This document shows positions 8,331 through 17,802 of a stretch of DNA of 43,166 nucleotides, piece after piece. The stretch spans positions 1 through 43,166 of the forward strand of contig CBDAFQ010000159.1 of assembly GCA_965195275.1 (NCBI GenBank), written 5' to 3'. The translations under genes were made by a program, and so were the position numbers. The first letter of the stretch is position 1. Every line of letters starts with the position of its first letter. Below the pieces are notes generated by a model. That model was not told the DNA's origin, did not search any database, and saw nothing but the letters and a program-made list of their open reading frames with translations. This DNA is from an uncultured ANME-1 euryarchaeote (GTDB taxonomy: Archaea; Halobacteriota; Syntropharchaeia; Alkanophagales; Methanospirareceae).

Positions 8331-10041
8331 CGTAGCTGTAATCCTCAAAAGGCTTCATCAATGGATGAATGTCCTTATTAGCGATACTTATGTGATATGG
8401 ATGATCGCCAATACCATTGCCATCTGTATCACGCTCTATTTCCTTGATGTAATCAGCCCAATAGTTGCCCATGTAGTTTGTATATGTCTTTTTGTTATAA
8501 ACATAGGTTATTTCGGAAATAGAATTCCAGGTAGAGAGAGAGCTAAGAATGCAAACGTTATCAAAATTGTTTATGAAGTTGTTGAGACAGATAATGTTAT
8601 TAAGTGAATTCCGAACTAAAATACCCCTATTTTCGCAGTTCGATAGGTTGTTCATGGTCAAGAAATTGTTGTTCGAGGAAGTCAAGACTACCCCGTCAGG
8701 GTTGTTCAAGTTTGTGTTCAGAGCTAAAAGGTTGAAGTTGGAAGCGCCCAGGCTGATGCCCCTTTTGTTATTGGTATTTGAATTGTTGATTACGATATTG
8801 TTACACGAAGCAGATAGGGCGATGCCATCGTAGTTGTTTGATGTGCTAACATTCTCTATTCTCGAAAGCATCGAATAGACGAGCAAAACACCAGCGCTAT
8901 TTTTCGTTAGCGTTAAGTCTCTCGCTGTTATATTTAAGGAGTTTACGATACATACAAAGCCCGCATCGTTCGGTATCACACGATTTCGCTGACCCACCCA
9001 ATAATAAACGGATTTTTCATCTACGAGGTTACTCGCATCTATGCTTTGTGTGAAGTGATAAACGTTATCACCAGTAACACCGAAGTTGTAATAATTCCCA
9101 TCCATCCTGTTGTTTTTTAAAGTGCTGTTGCACGAAGCGTCCAGTGAGATACCAACCTCGTTATTTGCACTGGCCGTGTTGTTTATCATGGTATTTTCGT
9201 TTGAATGAATTAAGCTGATACCGATCTCGTTGTTCAAGTTTGCAATGTTATTGATCAAGAAATTGTTATTAGAATAATCCAAGGAATAGCCATCGCGATT
9301 GTTCGAGCGAGCTTTGTTTTGCACTAATAGGTTATCGTGCGCGTAATCTAAGCGGATGCCATATTGGTTGTTCAATGCAACATCATTGTTGTATACTGTA
9401 TTATCATGCGAGTGCCACAAACGAATGCCATTGCGGTAATTTGATTTTACTACGTAGTTATTGGATATTGTGTTAGAATCAGAATAATTCAAGTAGATGC
9501 TATCGCCATAATTATCTGATGCTGTGTTGTTTCTAATCGTGTTTTTTGTCGAATCAGACAAGAAGAAACCATAAGCGTTGCCCACTGCCCTGTTATCTGT
9601 AATAATACAATGATCCGCATGAATATACATTCCTGCGTAAATATACAGTCCCGCTTCATTCTTTCCTATTGCGTTTTTCACCGTCAATCCATTTATGCTC
9701 ACGTAGTCGGCAGTCACATCAAATACATGTGCGTTTGCTTTCTCCGCTACAACAGTTGTATGCGCCGGTCCCTTATCTGATCTAATCGTCAAACGCTTGT
9801 TTACTTTCACGTTTTCGTTATACGTTCCACCCCTCACGACGATCGTGTCACCTGCGCTAGCATTGTCCACAGCCCCTTGAATCTTTGCAAAATCGTCCGG
9901 CACGTGAATTATCGAGTGCGACGACGCGGTATCTAAATTTAATGTGTCATTACCTAGAGTCGCATCAACTGCAACACCACTTGCGATTAGCGCCAAACAA
10001 ATGGAAAGCGCCAATAATTTACAGCCCATTTTATTTCTCAT
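8323..10041 (-). CDS. secreted right-handed parallel beta-helix repeat protein (NosD/PbH1-like)
   Basis: Signal peptide MRNKMGCKLLALSICLALIASGVAVDA. Many Asn-rich repeats of about 22 aa (NNxxxxNxxGIxL). C-terminal DTDGNGIGDHPY motif as in the NosD-type domain. Confidence 0.75.
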   Translation of the reverse strand: MRNKMGCKLLALSICLALIASGVAVDATLGNDTLNLDTASSHSIIHVPDDFAKIQGAVDNASAGDTIVVRGGTYNENVKVNKRLTIRSDKGPAHTTVVAEKANAHVFDVTADYVSINGLTVKNAIGKNEAGLYIYAGMYIHADHCIITDNRAVGNAYGFFLSDSTKNTIRNNTASDNYGDSIYLNYSDSNTISNNYVVKSNYRNGIRLWHSHDNTVYNNDVALNNQYGIRLDYAHDNLLVQNKARSNNRDGYSLDYSNNNFLINNIANLNNEIGISLIHSNENTMINNTASANNEVGISLDASCNSTLKNNRMDGNYYNFGVTGDNVYHFTQSIDASNLVDEKSVYYWVGQRNRVIPNDAGFVCIVNSLNITARDLTLTKNSAGVLLVYSMLSRIENVSTSNNYDGIALSASCNNIVINNSNTNNKRGISLGASNFNLLALNTNLNNPDGVVLTSSNNNFLTMNNLSNCENRGILVRNSLNNIICLNNFINNFDNVCILSSLSTWNSISEITYVYNKKTYTNYMGNYWADYIKEIERDTDGNGIGDHPYHISIANKDIHPLMKPFEDYSYVT

Positions 10042-10062
10042 TTAGTTTGGTATGATCACACT

Positions 10063-11373
10063 TTATATTGTCACGCTATTCGGAGTGCACGGTGTCCCAC
10101 CATCTACAAGGCTCTCTTCCCATCCCCCGATTAGATTTAGTTCAAGCGTTTTACCATTTCCCGATGCACCCCCGGAATTAGGGTAGCTCACCGCGTCAAT
10201 AATGGCCGATGATGCATCTTTCAGTGTTATGGAGTCCCCTATGTTACTTAACCAGAATCCACTTTCAATCACTGTACAATTACACGCTGGATGTTCATTT
10301 AAGAACGTAGTTGCATCTGCAGCGACAATTGCATACCCTCCGGAAGGGATAACCATACTGCCCCGGCCAAGAGTAAATGGATGATACGAGTGGGTAGAGT
10401 ATCCAAAAAGCTTCCAGCCGGTTATGTTTATGTCTTCCGGGCCACCATTAAAAAGCTCAATCCACTCGCGATTTCTGTCTAAGCCGGGTAGATTGTACAT
10501 TATCTCGTTGATTTTTACATGATAGGGTGTCAATGTTGCGTGTACGGGAGAAGTCTCGCCGGCCGATACCTGTACATTTGTTGACCAGCTCTCATAGCCA
10601 TCAAGAGCGAGCGTAATTGTACTACTGCCGGGTGAAATCTCAGTGAAGGTGTATGGTGTTGTTACCGACGGACTATCAAACGAAACATCAGGGGTATCTA
10701 ATTCTATCGTTGCGCCAGACGGCGAAGAGTTTACGAAGATAGCCCCTTTTGTTGGTGGTGGGGTAGGAATAGGAGTCAATATTGCATGTACGGGCGAGGT
10801 CTCGCCAGCCGATACCGGTACATTTGTTGACCAACCCACATAACCATCAAGAGCGAGTTCAAGGGTATGTGCGCCGATGGATAAATTAGCAAACGTGTAT
10901 GGTGTTGTTAGCGACTGGTCAACAAAGCCATCTAAATCTATCGTTGCACCTGATGGTGTAGACGAGACCGATATAGACCCTGTTGTGGGAATCGGAGTCA
11001 ATATTGCATGTACGTGCGAGGTCTCGCCAGCCGATACCTGCACATTTGTTGACCAACCCTCATAACCATCAAGAGTGAGGACAAGTGCATGAGTACCAAT
11101 GAGTAAATTAGCAAACGTGTACGGTGTTGTTACCGACAGCCCAACAAAGCCATCTAAATGTATCGTTGCACCCGATGGCGAAGAAGAGACCGATATAGAC
11201 CCCAGTACGGGAATCCATGTTGTAGTGGGTAGAGCACTGAGTGGTGCAACAAAAACAGCGAACAGCAAAATCAGCACGGCAACCGCAAAAGAACCTCTTT
11301 TTAGTGACGTGATTGCCGCTGAAGAAACGTTCCTTTCACTTGCTTTTTTTTCGTCCCGTTTCTTCTCTTTCAT
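10063..11373 (-). CDS. membrane-anchored protein with three PEGA-like repeats and a C-terminal lamin-tail domain (LTD)
   Basis: N-terminal TM segment. Three repeats of about 74-82 aa (GSISVSS.PSGATI.LDG...TTPYTFANL.IG.H.L.L.LDGY.GWSTNV.VSAGETS.VHAILTPIP). LTD-like INEIMYNLPGLDRNREWIELFNGGPEDINITGWKL. Confidence 0.75.
   Translation of the reverse strand: MKEKKRDEKKASERNVSSAAITSLKRGSFAVAVLILLFAVFVAPLSALPTTTWIPVLGSISVSSSPSGATIHLDGFVGLSVTTPYTFANLLIGTHALVLTLDGYEGWSTNVQVSAGETSHVHAILTPIPTTGSISVSSTPSGATIDLDGFVDQSLTTPYTFANLSIGAHTLELALDGYVGWSTNVPVSAGETSPVHAILTPIPTPPPTKGAIFVNSSPSGATIELDTPDVSFDSPSVTTPYTFTEISPGSSTITLALDGYESWSTNVQVSAGETSPVHATLTPYHVKINEIMYNLPGLDRNREWIELFNGGPEDINITGWKLFGYSTHSYHPFTLGRGSMVIPSGGYAIVAADATTFLNEHPACNCTVIESGFWLSNIGDSITLKDASSAIIDAVSYPNSGGASGNGKTLELNLIGGWEESLVDGGTPCTPNSVTI
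10525..11202. repeat. three tandem coding repeats (about 222-246 nt period) encoding the PEGA modules
   Basis: Near-identical DNA, e.g. ggagtcaatattgcatgtacgggcgaggtctcgccagccgatacc at 10772 vs ggagtcaatattgcatgtacgtgcgaggtctcgccagccgatacc at 10994. Confidence 0.85.
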
Positions 11374-11574
11374 TCATTATCGCCCCCCATTACTGCATCT
11401 ATTAGGTTGATCGGGTATAAAAGCACTTCGATACGTGTGATTATGTCCAATAATCAAATACTGTGTTTCCAAATTGAAGAATCCTAATCTCTGTGTAGGA
11501 TCATGCATCACATATTATACTAAAAAAAAAGCAATATAAAAAGGTTTTCGTAATTACCCCTTTTCGCCCGGTTT

Positions 11575-12369
11575 TTATAGTTCCGATATTCTTTTCTCAA
11601 GATATTTTTTTAAATGGTTGTGAATTTTTCGTATATCATCAGTATCTGGCAGGGCGGTAATGATTTTCTCAATAATCCGCCTTTCTTGAATATAAAGGAA
11701 TGTCCGTGTAAAATTGATGTCGAATATCCAGCCCAGTTGCAGGAGTTTCATATCATTAAATGTTTTCAAATAATGAGAATTTGAAACCCTGTTGTTAAGG
11801 ACATCATCAATAAAGCAAAGAGAATATTCAGGTGTATCGGGAAGTTCAAGTTCCAATGCGGGGTTATGATGCCTATGTCGTTCCCTATAATAATTTGTCA
11901 CAACGTACCATATATCCAATTTGTCCGCATCCCGTATTAATTTTGAATGCAGTTCAGAGATTTCATCAGCATTGTCGGGAACTTTACGTACATTGTGATA
12001 TTCTATGGCGTTATAAACGATGGTTTGTTCCGTTTTTGTTAGTCTGCTTAATATGTTAGTCGCTTTTAAAACCTTCAGCCCAAGAGATGCATGGTTTTCC
12101 GACATTCGATCATCAAAAGTGCCATATGTCTTGATTTGTTCAAAACGACCTATATCGTGAAATAATGCAATGGTCTCCGCCAGACGAAGTGCATTTCTAT
12201 TTAGATTCAGCGCTTTGCCTAACTGAAGAATCTCCTTACAAACACGTAACGTATGTTCTTCTTTAAGTCTGATATTCTGTTGGGTTTTTGGATCTTCCGT
12301 GTAGAAAGATTCTACATAATTCCGAAACCATGAATGGAAAAATGCAGTGTCCACATCATTCTCTATCAT
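11575..12369 (-). CDS. HD-domain metal-dependent phosphohydrolase
   Basis: 264 aa. HD signature ALFHDIGRFEQ with upstream His (EEHTLRV) and downstream D (IRDADKLD). Confidence 0.7.
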   Translation of the reverse strand: MIENDVDTAFFHSWFRNYVESFYTEDPKTQQNIRLKEEHTLRVCKEILQLGKALNLNRNALRLAETIALFHDIGRFEQIKTYGTFDDRMSENHASLGLKVLKATNILSRLTKTEQTIVYNAIEYHNVRKVPDNADEISELHSKLIRDADKLDIWYVVTNYYRERHRHHNPALELELPDTPEYSLCFIDDVLNNRVSNSHYLKTFNDMKLLQLGWIFDINFTRTFLYIQERRIIEKIITALPDTDDIRKIHNHLKKYLEKRISEL

Positions 12370-13025
12370 ATCACGTTTATCCCTCTTCTTGTTTAGCTCT
12401 TTTTGTCTACACTTCTACTTCTAGCTCTGTTTTGTCATTTGGAGTACCTTGAATACAAATGCATGATTAACGCGATATTCTGTAATCATCTTCTAGCCTC
12501 CAATATTTTACTACATAAATATGTCAAGCTTTTAAAAAGATAAGGGTTATTGCGAATCCTGATAAAAACTTGATGCAAAACTAAATCTTCAGTTTCAAAA
12601 CTTTCCGTCCCCTGCACATAAATAAATAATCTGTCCACCACCCTTTATAGTGGGGAAATTCCCCGAGTAGAAACTTTTTGATTAAATAACACATTTCTAC
12701 CATCTTCCATAATCAAGCGGGAACAAACAAAGCAATATTTTCCATGCTCACCGGAGTCTTTTCTCTACATTTTGACGATTGTTTACCATTTCGTATGTTC
12801 ACGATAGCGGACTTCAACACCAAACGCACATTTGGCTCGCTTACCCTCGTAACACCACGCTCCACAATCCTGACCACTATCTTTTGTCTATTCTGAAGGA
12901 TGATTTTACATTTGAGGCATTATCATAGCGATGTATGAGATGAGTAACGAAAGAGTTGCACGGGCTGCCCGCGCTGCCTTCTTCAGCACTGGATTCGCAA
13001 GAGCCTATGAAGCTACTTGCACAGC

Positions 13026-14012
13026 CTAACGTTGCTCATATAGCGCTTGTATCTCGCTTTCGGGTAGCACACCGTTGTATATCGTAAAATCATCGAGCTT
13101 ACCTTTGAAGTAGCGTTCCGAGTCTGTCGAGTAGCCCACGCCGATTGTGAGGGTTGGACTGGGAAGAAGCACCTGTTGCTCCACTGTTCCGATCAGCACC
13201 CCATTGATGTAGAGCTGATTCTCGTCCGTTTGATAATTGTGGGTCATCACGACAAAACCCCATTCACCAACAGGCAAGTAGGACTCGTCTTGCACTCCCA
13301 CCGTCTCGTAGTTCTCCGGTCCGTGTCCCACACCGAAGAACGCCGTGAACTTGTCGCCTAACCAATCCTCGTGGAACTCGGCTCTGAACCGATCACTCTT
13401 TGAGGTCAGTCCTCCGAGACCAAACACGTTACGATGGTTCTCATAGACCTCAGGCTGCGCCCAGAAGGAGACGCTGAACGATTGCAATGCCTCTACCCGT
13501 CCGACGTCGATGTAGCTGTTGCCGTCGAAGTAGTAAGCGCTTTGTGGATTCCCAAAGCGGTCTTCAGTCAATGATGCACCGTAGACAGTACCGTCGTTGC
13601 CATTGCCGCTTTCGTCGTCCGCATTACCATTAAAGGGAAAGTACGCTGTGGATGCAGGCAAAACCTCGATGCCATCCTCAGAGAGAATGAAGGAACCGGA
13701 AGCGAGCACCAACCCCGGCCGATCCATAGGCTGGGTCCAGAAGCAGTAGTAGTAGCGCGTACCAGTCTCCAGGTCCTCAACCACAGTTTCCAGGACCTCC
13801 TCGTTCTGAGTGGGGATCGTGTATTCTGGCCCGTGGATGAGTTCGTACTCTGGATCGCCCACACGGCTCGCCACATCTGATGCATTGCTGGAAACGTAGA
13901 GACGGTACATTTTGAAAGCCTGCCAGTTGCTGTTCATCACCGTGAACTTCGCTGATTCGGGCGAGACTGCCTCCACATCCACCTGCAGGTTGTGGGGCAC
14001 GACTTTGATCAC
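13026..14012 (-). CDS. LamG/concanavalin-A-like lectin domain protein preceded by an FN3-like segment; probably a 5'-truncated, horizontally acquired gene
   Basis: LamG_3-type motifs (FNGNADDESGNGNDGTVYGASLTEDRFGNPQSAYYFDG ... LDDFTIYNGVLPESEIQALYE). Only a GTG start directly after an in-frame stop, and no signal peptide. Sampled lines give about 55-62% GC versus about 30-43% in the flanks. Confidence 0.6.
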   Translation of the reverse strand: MIKVVPHNLQVDVEAVSPESAKFTVMNSNWQAFKMYRLYVSSNASDVASRVGDPEYELIHGPEYTIPTQNEEVLETVVEDLETGTRYYYCFWTQPMDRPGLVLASGSFILSEDGIEVLPASTAYFPFNGNADDESGNGNDGTVYGASLTEDRFGNPQSAYYFDGNSYIDVGRVEALQSFSVSFWAQPEVYENHRNVFGLGGLTSKSDRFRAEFHEDWLGDKFTAFFGVGHGPENYETVGVQDESYLPVGEWGFVVMTHNYQTDENQLYINGVLIGTVEQQVLLPSPTLTIGVGYSTDSERYFKGKLDDFTIYNGVLPESEIQALYEQR

Positions 14013-14077
14013 TAATCAAGTTTTTAAATTTGATTGAGAAAGTTTTGACTCAGAGAAAATTCCAACTATAAAGGTTA

Positions 14078-14254
14078 TCACAGATGAGAAAACACGACTT
14101 TTGTCGCATCTACCCAGTAACGCCCAAAGCCGCCGACAAAGTGTCCTATCTCTACTGCTGATATGTTCTCTGGAAGGGACGCATTTCCGGAGAGAATGGG
14201 AAGCAGTATCAACAGCGCAAGCACTATTAACACAATTATCGTTAAGATTCGCAT
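14078..14254 (-). CDS. small (58 aa) signal-peptide/TM protein, below the ORF-track length cutoff
   Basis: My manual translation is MRILTIIVLIVLALLILLPILSGNASLPENISAVEIGHFVGGFGRYWVDATKVVFSHL. AGGAGAG lies 7 nt upstream of the ATG, with TTTTTATA further upstream. Confidence 0.4.
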   Translation of the reverse strand: MRILTIIVLIVLALLILLPILSGNASLPENISAVEIGHFVGGFGRYWVDATKVVFSHL

Positions 14255-14336
14255 TTTTATGTCTCTCCTCTAAACTAATTTTTATTCTTCATTCTTATTT
14301 TTATTCTCTCCCTATAAAAATGTATCGCTCACTTGC

Positions 14337-15149
14337 TTAATTATGTATTACCTTACCATGAAATGAAACCGCGGAAACAATAAACGCAATTCCGGCAACT
14401 AATACTATCGTCGCTCCCGAAGGTAAGTTAAACTCGTAAGACAGCCATAACCCGCAAATTGTCAAGACTGCAGAAAGGCAAACAGAAATGCACATCATAC
14501 TACTCAAACGATGTGTAAATTGTCTGCCTATTGCAGCCGGTATGGTTAATAGAGCAATAACTAAAATAACACCCGCAACCTTTATCAACACCACCACAGT
14601 CAGTGCAATAAGACATAAAAGGAGAAGGTATAATCGCTCCGTGTGAAGACCAGCCGCAGTTGCATACTCCTCATCGAACGAAATCGCCTGAAATTCACGC
14701 TGAAATAAAAGCACCACCACGATTATAGCGACATCCAAGCATAACATCAAGATTAAATCCGAAGTAGACACCAATAAAATACTCCCGAATAGATAGCCAA
14801 ACAGGTCCGGCGCATATCCCGGTGTCAATCCGATGAGTATAATGCCGAGAGCCATACCCATCGCCCATAAAATGCCTATCGCGGTATCTTCTGGTATTTT
14901 CGTCCTCCGTCCGATAACGCCCATGCTCAGTGCAGATGCGATGCTAAACGGAATAACACCCAAAATAGGGTCCACACCCAGGAAATAGCCCAAGCCAACA
15001 CCTCCAAAGGCAGCATGTGCTATTCCCCCACTGATAAATACAATCCTCTTCACCACAACGTAGACACCGACAATACCACATGCAATACTGGCTAACAACG
15101 CCGCTATAAGCGCGTTTATCATGAATTCATACTCTAAAATTTCTATCAT
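14337..15149 (-). CDS. metal (Zn/Mn/Fe-type, ABC-3 family) ABC transporter permease
   Basis: 270 aa with 8-9 predicted TM helices and a ZnuB/TroC-like sequence. Last gene of the substrate-binding-protein/ATPase/permease operon. Confidence 0.8.
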   Translation of the reverse strand: MIEILEYEFMINALIAALLASIACGIVGVYVVVKRIVFISGGIAHAAFGGVGLGYFLGVDPILGVIPFSIASALSMGVIGRRTKIPEDTAIGILWAMGMALGIILIGLTPGYAPDLFGYLFGSILLVSTSDLILMLCLDVAIIVVVLLFQREFQAISFDEEYATAAGLHTERLYLLLLCLIALTVVVLIKVAGVILVIALLTIPAAIGRQFTHRLSSMMCISVCLSAVLTICGLWLSYEFNLPSGATIVLVAGIAFIVSAVSFHGKVIHN

Positions 15150-16016
15150 CTATCTATCTTTACTCCGCATGTAATAGAATAAGTATTCTTGCGCATAGCC
15201 CGCGAACTTACCATAATGCCGTCTGGCAAAAGAGCTCAGTTCCGTGTATTCTGAAACCGTAAGCGGCTTCTCCGTACCGTCTTTAGTTCCCGGAATACCA
15301 GCCCCTCTAATTTGATATATCACACGCCTGATCCAAACATCAATAGGAAAAGCCTCTAATTTGTCAAATGCGAATAAAGAAACGCAATCAGCAACTTTTG
15401 GACCCACGCCGGGCAATGAACGCAACTCATCCCTGAGCTTGAGATAATCAGAATTTCTCAGCTCCTCCAGCAGATTCGGATTGTTCTCGACTTGCTTTGC
15501 TATCTCCGATAGATATTGCGCTCGGTATCCCACTTTACACTGCTTAATTTTGTTTACACTTGCCTTTGCGAGCTTTTTCACTTTTGGAAAGGAGAAGAAA
15601 GCTTTGCCATTAACTACAATTTCATCACCAAACTTTTCGGAAAGGTTCCGGAGCATACTTTCGATAACGGCGATACTGGCATTTGTCGCACAGACATAAG
15701 AGATTAGGCAGTCCCAGACGCTCTGTCGGACAATCCTCAACCCGTTGAACTGTTGAATGGCTTTATTTATCGTGGCATCCTTATTTAATATCTGAAGTAT
15801 GTTAGAGAGGTCATCATCAAGACGAAAGTAACTCTTTATAAACTCCTCCTCCACATCTTCGGGATATGCTGTGAAATGCAGTTCGTCACATTCCTGTCTT
15901 ACTTTTAGGATGTTTCCATCTACAATCCCATACCACCAGCCATTTGCTTTTCCCCATCGAAATACCTGACCGCAACTTAACGTGTAATCCAAATTGAAAT
16001 GGCTCTCGAGTTTCAT
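15150..16016 (-). CDS. ogg: OGG1-type 8-oxoguanine DNA glycosylase/AP lyase (HhH-GPD superfamily)
   Basis: N-terminal OGG_N-like LDYTLSCGQVFRW. HhH-GPD motif LPGVGPKVADCVSLFAFDKLEAFPIDVWIRR carries the catalytic Lys and Asp pattern. Confidence 0.75.
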   Translation of the reverse strand: MKLESHFNLDYTLSCGQVFRWGKANGWWYGIVDGNILKVRQECDELHFTAYPEDVEEEFIKSYFRLDDDLSNILQILNKDATINKAIQQFNGLRIVRQSVWDCLISYVCATNASIAVIESMLRNLSEKFGDEIVVNGKAFFSFPKVKKLAKASVNKIKQCKVGYRAQYLSEIAKQVENNPNLLEELRNSDYLKLRDELRSLPGVGPKVADCVSLFAFDKLEAFPIDVWIRRVIYQIRGAGIPGTKDGTEKPLTVSEYTELSSFARRHYGKFAGYAQEYLFYYMRSKDR

Positions 16017-16778
16017 CTACCTATGCTCCTTCAACACTCTATGAGGCACGCCATGCGCTATTATCTCTACGGGACAGTGATAAGTGTCTTCCAGGTCTTC
16101 TGCCGTTAACTCTTTTGAGTCATGATAAAAAAGCCTGCGATTAAGACATGCGATCTTATCCACATAAATGGAAACCGCAGAGATGTCATGCGATACTAAA
16201 ACAATCGCCATTTGCTGCCTTAGTTTCTCAAAGAGTTCATAAAGCTCTGTCTGCATAGGTGAATCAACACTTGCCATTGGCTCGTCCAATAGAAGCATTT
16301 TCGGCTCGGTTACCAGTGCACGCGCGATAAAAACACGCTGCTGTTGCCCGCCTGAAAGTTGCCCTATTTGAGAATCGCGATAATCGTGCATTTCCACGGT
16401 CTCCAGAGCATCATAAGCAAGCTTCTTATCCTCTTCACTATATCTTCTGAACCGTTTCATCTGTCCCACACGTCCCATCAGCACTACATCCAGGACATTT
16501 ATTGGGAAATCACGATCAAAGAGGCTGTACTGGGGCACATAGCCAACGAATTTACGGCCTCTCTCTGGCGTATGTCCAAAAACAGTGATTTCACCACGAC
16601 TAGGCTTCAGTAAGCCAAGAATGACTTTAAGGAGGCATGTTTTTCCGCCGCCATTTGGTCCTATTATACCCAAGAAATCACGATCTTTTATTGATAGGTT
16701 TATCCTCTCTAACGCAGGCATATTGTCAAAATATAACCATACATCTTCCAGTTTTACTATCTCAGTTCTTTCTATCAT
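16017..16778 (-). CDS. metal ABC transporter ATP-binding protein (ZnuC/TroB-like)
   Basis: Walker A GPNGGGKT, signature LSGGQQQR, Walker B LLLLDEP, H-loop SHD. Confidence 0.85.
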   Translation of the reverse strand: MIERTEIVKLEDVWLYFDNMPALERINLSIKDRDFLGIIGPNGGGKTCLLKVILGLLKPSRGEITVFGHTPERGRKFVGYVPQYSLFDRDFPINVLDVVLMGRVGQMKRFRRYSEEDKKLAYDALETVEMHDYRDSQIGQLSGGQQQRVFIARALVTEPKMLLLDEPMASVDSPMQTELYELFEKLRQQMAIVLVSHDISAVSIYVDKIACLNRRLFYHDSKELTAEDLEDTYHCPVEIIAHGVPHRVLKEHR

Positions 16779-16784
16779 TATTAT

Positions 16785-17660
16785 TTATTCCATCTCCAGA
16801 GATAGTGCCTCGACTATGCTTCGCATATTGGCAGTATAATCAAGAGGAAGCGGGTCTATAAAAACGGTTTGCCCGTCAATCTCATGTGCAATCACTTCTG
16901 CATCATCGGTCGCAAATTGCGGCGCCACATAGACATAAGACAGTTTATATTGTCGCGCTTGATCAATGCAATTCTGGATGACTTTAGGTGTTGGCGCTTT
17001 TCCTTTATGCTCAATTGCAATTTGCGTTAGATTATATTCTGATGCAAGATATCCAAATGCTGGATGGTAGCTCATAAAGACACGATTGTTAGTAAACCTG
17101 TCAAGTCGCTCGTGGATGTATGCGTCAATGTCATCGAGTTCTTGCAGATATTTGTCGCGGTTTGTAGTATACTCTACTTCGTGCTCATGATCAATCTCGA
17201 TGAGCCCATCGCAGATATTCTCCACCATAACTTTTGCATTGAGTGGCGAATTCCAAATATGTGGATCTTTTCCCATCTTCGAGATACCTTTAGCGCAATT
17301 AACAACTTGCATATCGGCATTGACCGCCATGATCTTGTCCATCCATGCATTCTCAAATTCCACACCCGAACCAACCTTGAAGTACATCTTCGCCTTGCTT
17401 ACCGCCCTTAACTGACTAGGCGTTGGCTCATATGTATGGGGACTAGCTCCCGGGGGCACCATTACCGTCACAGCCACGTTGTCCGCACCGATCTCTTCTA
17501 CAAAATCCGCTTGTGGAACAATGGTTACTATAACCCCTATCTGTTCGTCTTCCGCTCTCTCACCACCAGGGGCTATGCATGCGATTACGCAGGCAACGGC
17601 TATCAAGCAGCCTATTACGATCCAGCTCCTCTTATCCATCTTTCCGCATTGCCTTTCCAA
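16785..17660 (-). CDS. metal ABC transporter substrate-binding protein (TroA/ZnuA cluster-9 family)
   Basis: N-terminal TM/lipoprotein-like anchor with Cys. GKDPHIWNSP motif and conserved His/Asp ligand positions typical of TroA/ZnuA. Confidence 0.8.
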   Translation of the reverse strand: MERQCGKMDKRSWIVIGCLIAVACVIACIAPGGERAEDEQIGVIVTIVPQADFVEEIGADNVAVTVMVPPGASPHTYEPTPSQLRAVSKAKMYFKVGSGVEFENAWMDKIMAVNADMQVVNCAKGISKMGKDPHIWNSPLNAKVMVENICDGLIEIDHEHEVEYTTNRDKYLQELDDIDAYIHERLDRFTNNRVFMSYHPAFGYLASEYNLTQIAIEHKGKAPTPKVIQNCIDQARQYKLSYVYVAPQFATDDAEVIAHEIDGQTVFIDPLPLDYTANMRSIVEALSLEME

Positions 17661-17802
17661 AAATAATCATAAAAATAAAAAATAATCAATATGATTTAAT
17701 AATATTTGGTTTTATTATTAATAATATTTGCTAGGGTATTTATAGCTGTATTATTAAAACATATTTAGAATAATTTTAGAATAATATAATATATAGAGGA
17801 AA
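17661..17802. promoter_or_regulatory. AT-rich divergent control region between the metal ABC operon and nikR, with phased direct repeats
   Basis: TAATAATATTTG occurs at 17697 and 17719 (22-nt phase). TTAGAATAAT occurs at 17765 and 17776 (11-nt phase). There are several TATA-like boxes. Confidence 0.45.

Noticed and set aside
11481-11505. AATCCTAATCTCTGTGTAGGAT hairpin as a third, degenerate copy of the MITE-like repeat.
   Set aside because: It shares only about 10 nt (TAATCT..GTGT) with the element arm, which is too little to distinguish from chance.
13568-14019. Overlapping alternative-frame ORFs (13568-13885, 13777-14019, minus strand) in the LamG gene.
   Set aside because: Stop-codon depletion in high-GC DNA keeps them open. 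The Arg/Trp/Pro-rich translations look non-genuine.
14101-14340. Plus-strand 79-aa ORF in the znuB-LamG spacer.
   Set aside because: It is antisense to the better-supported 58-codon minus-strand ORF, which has an RBS and TATA box. The composition is low-complexity and there is no start context.
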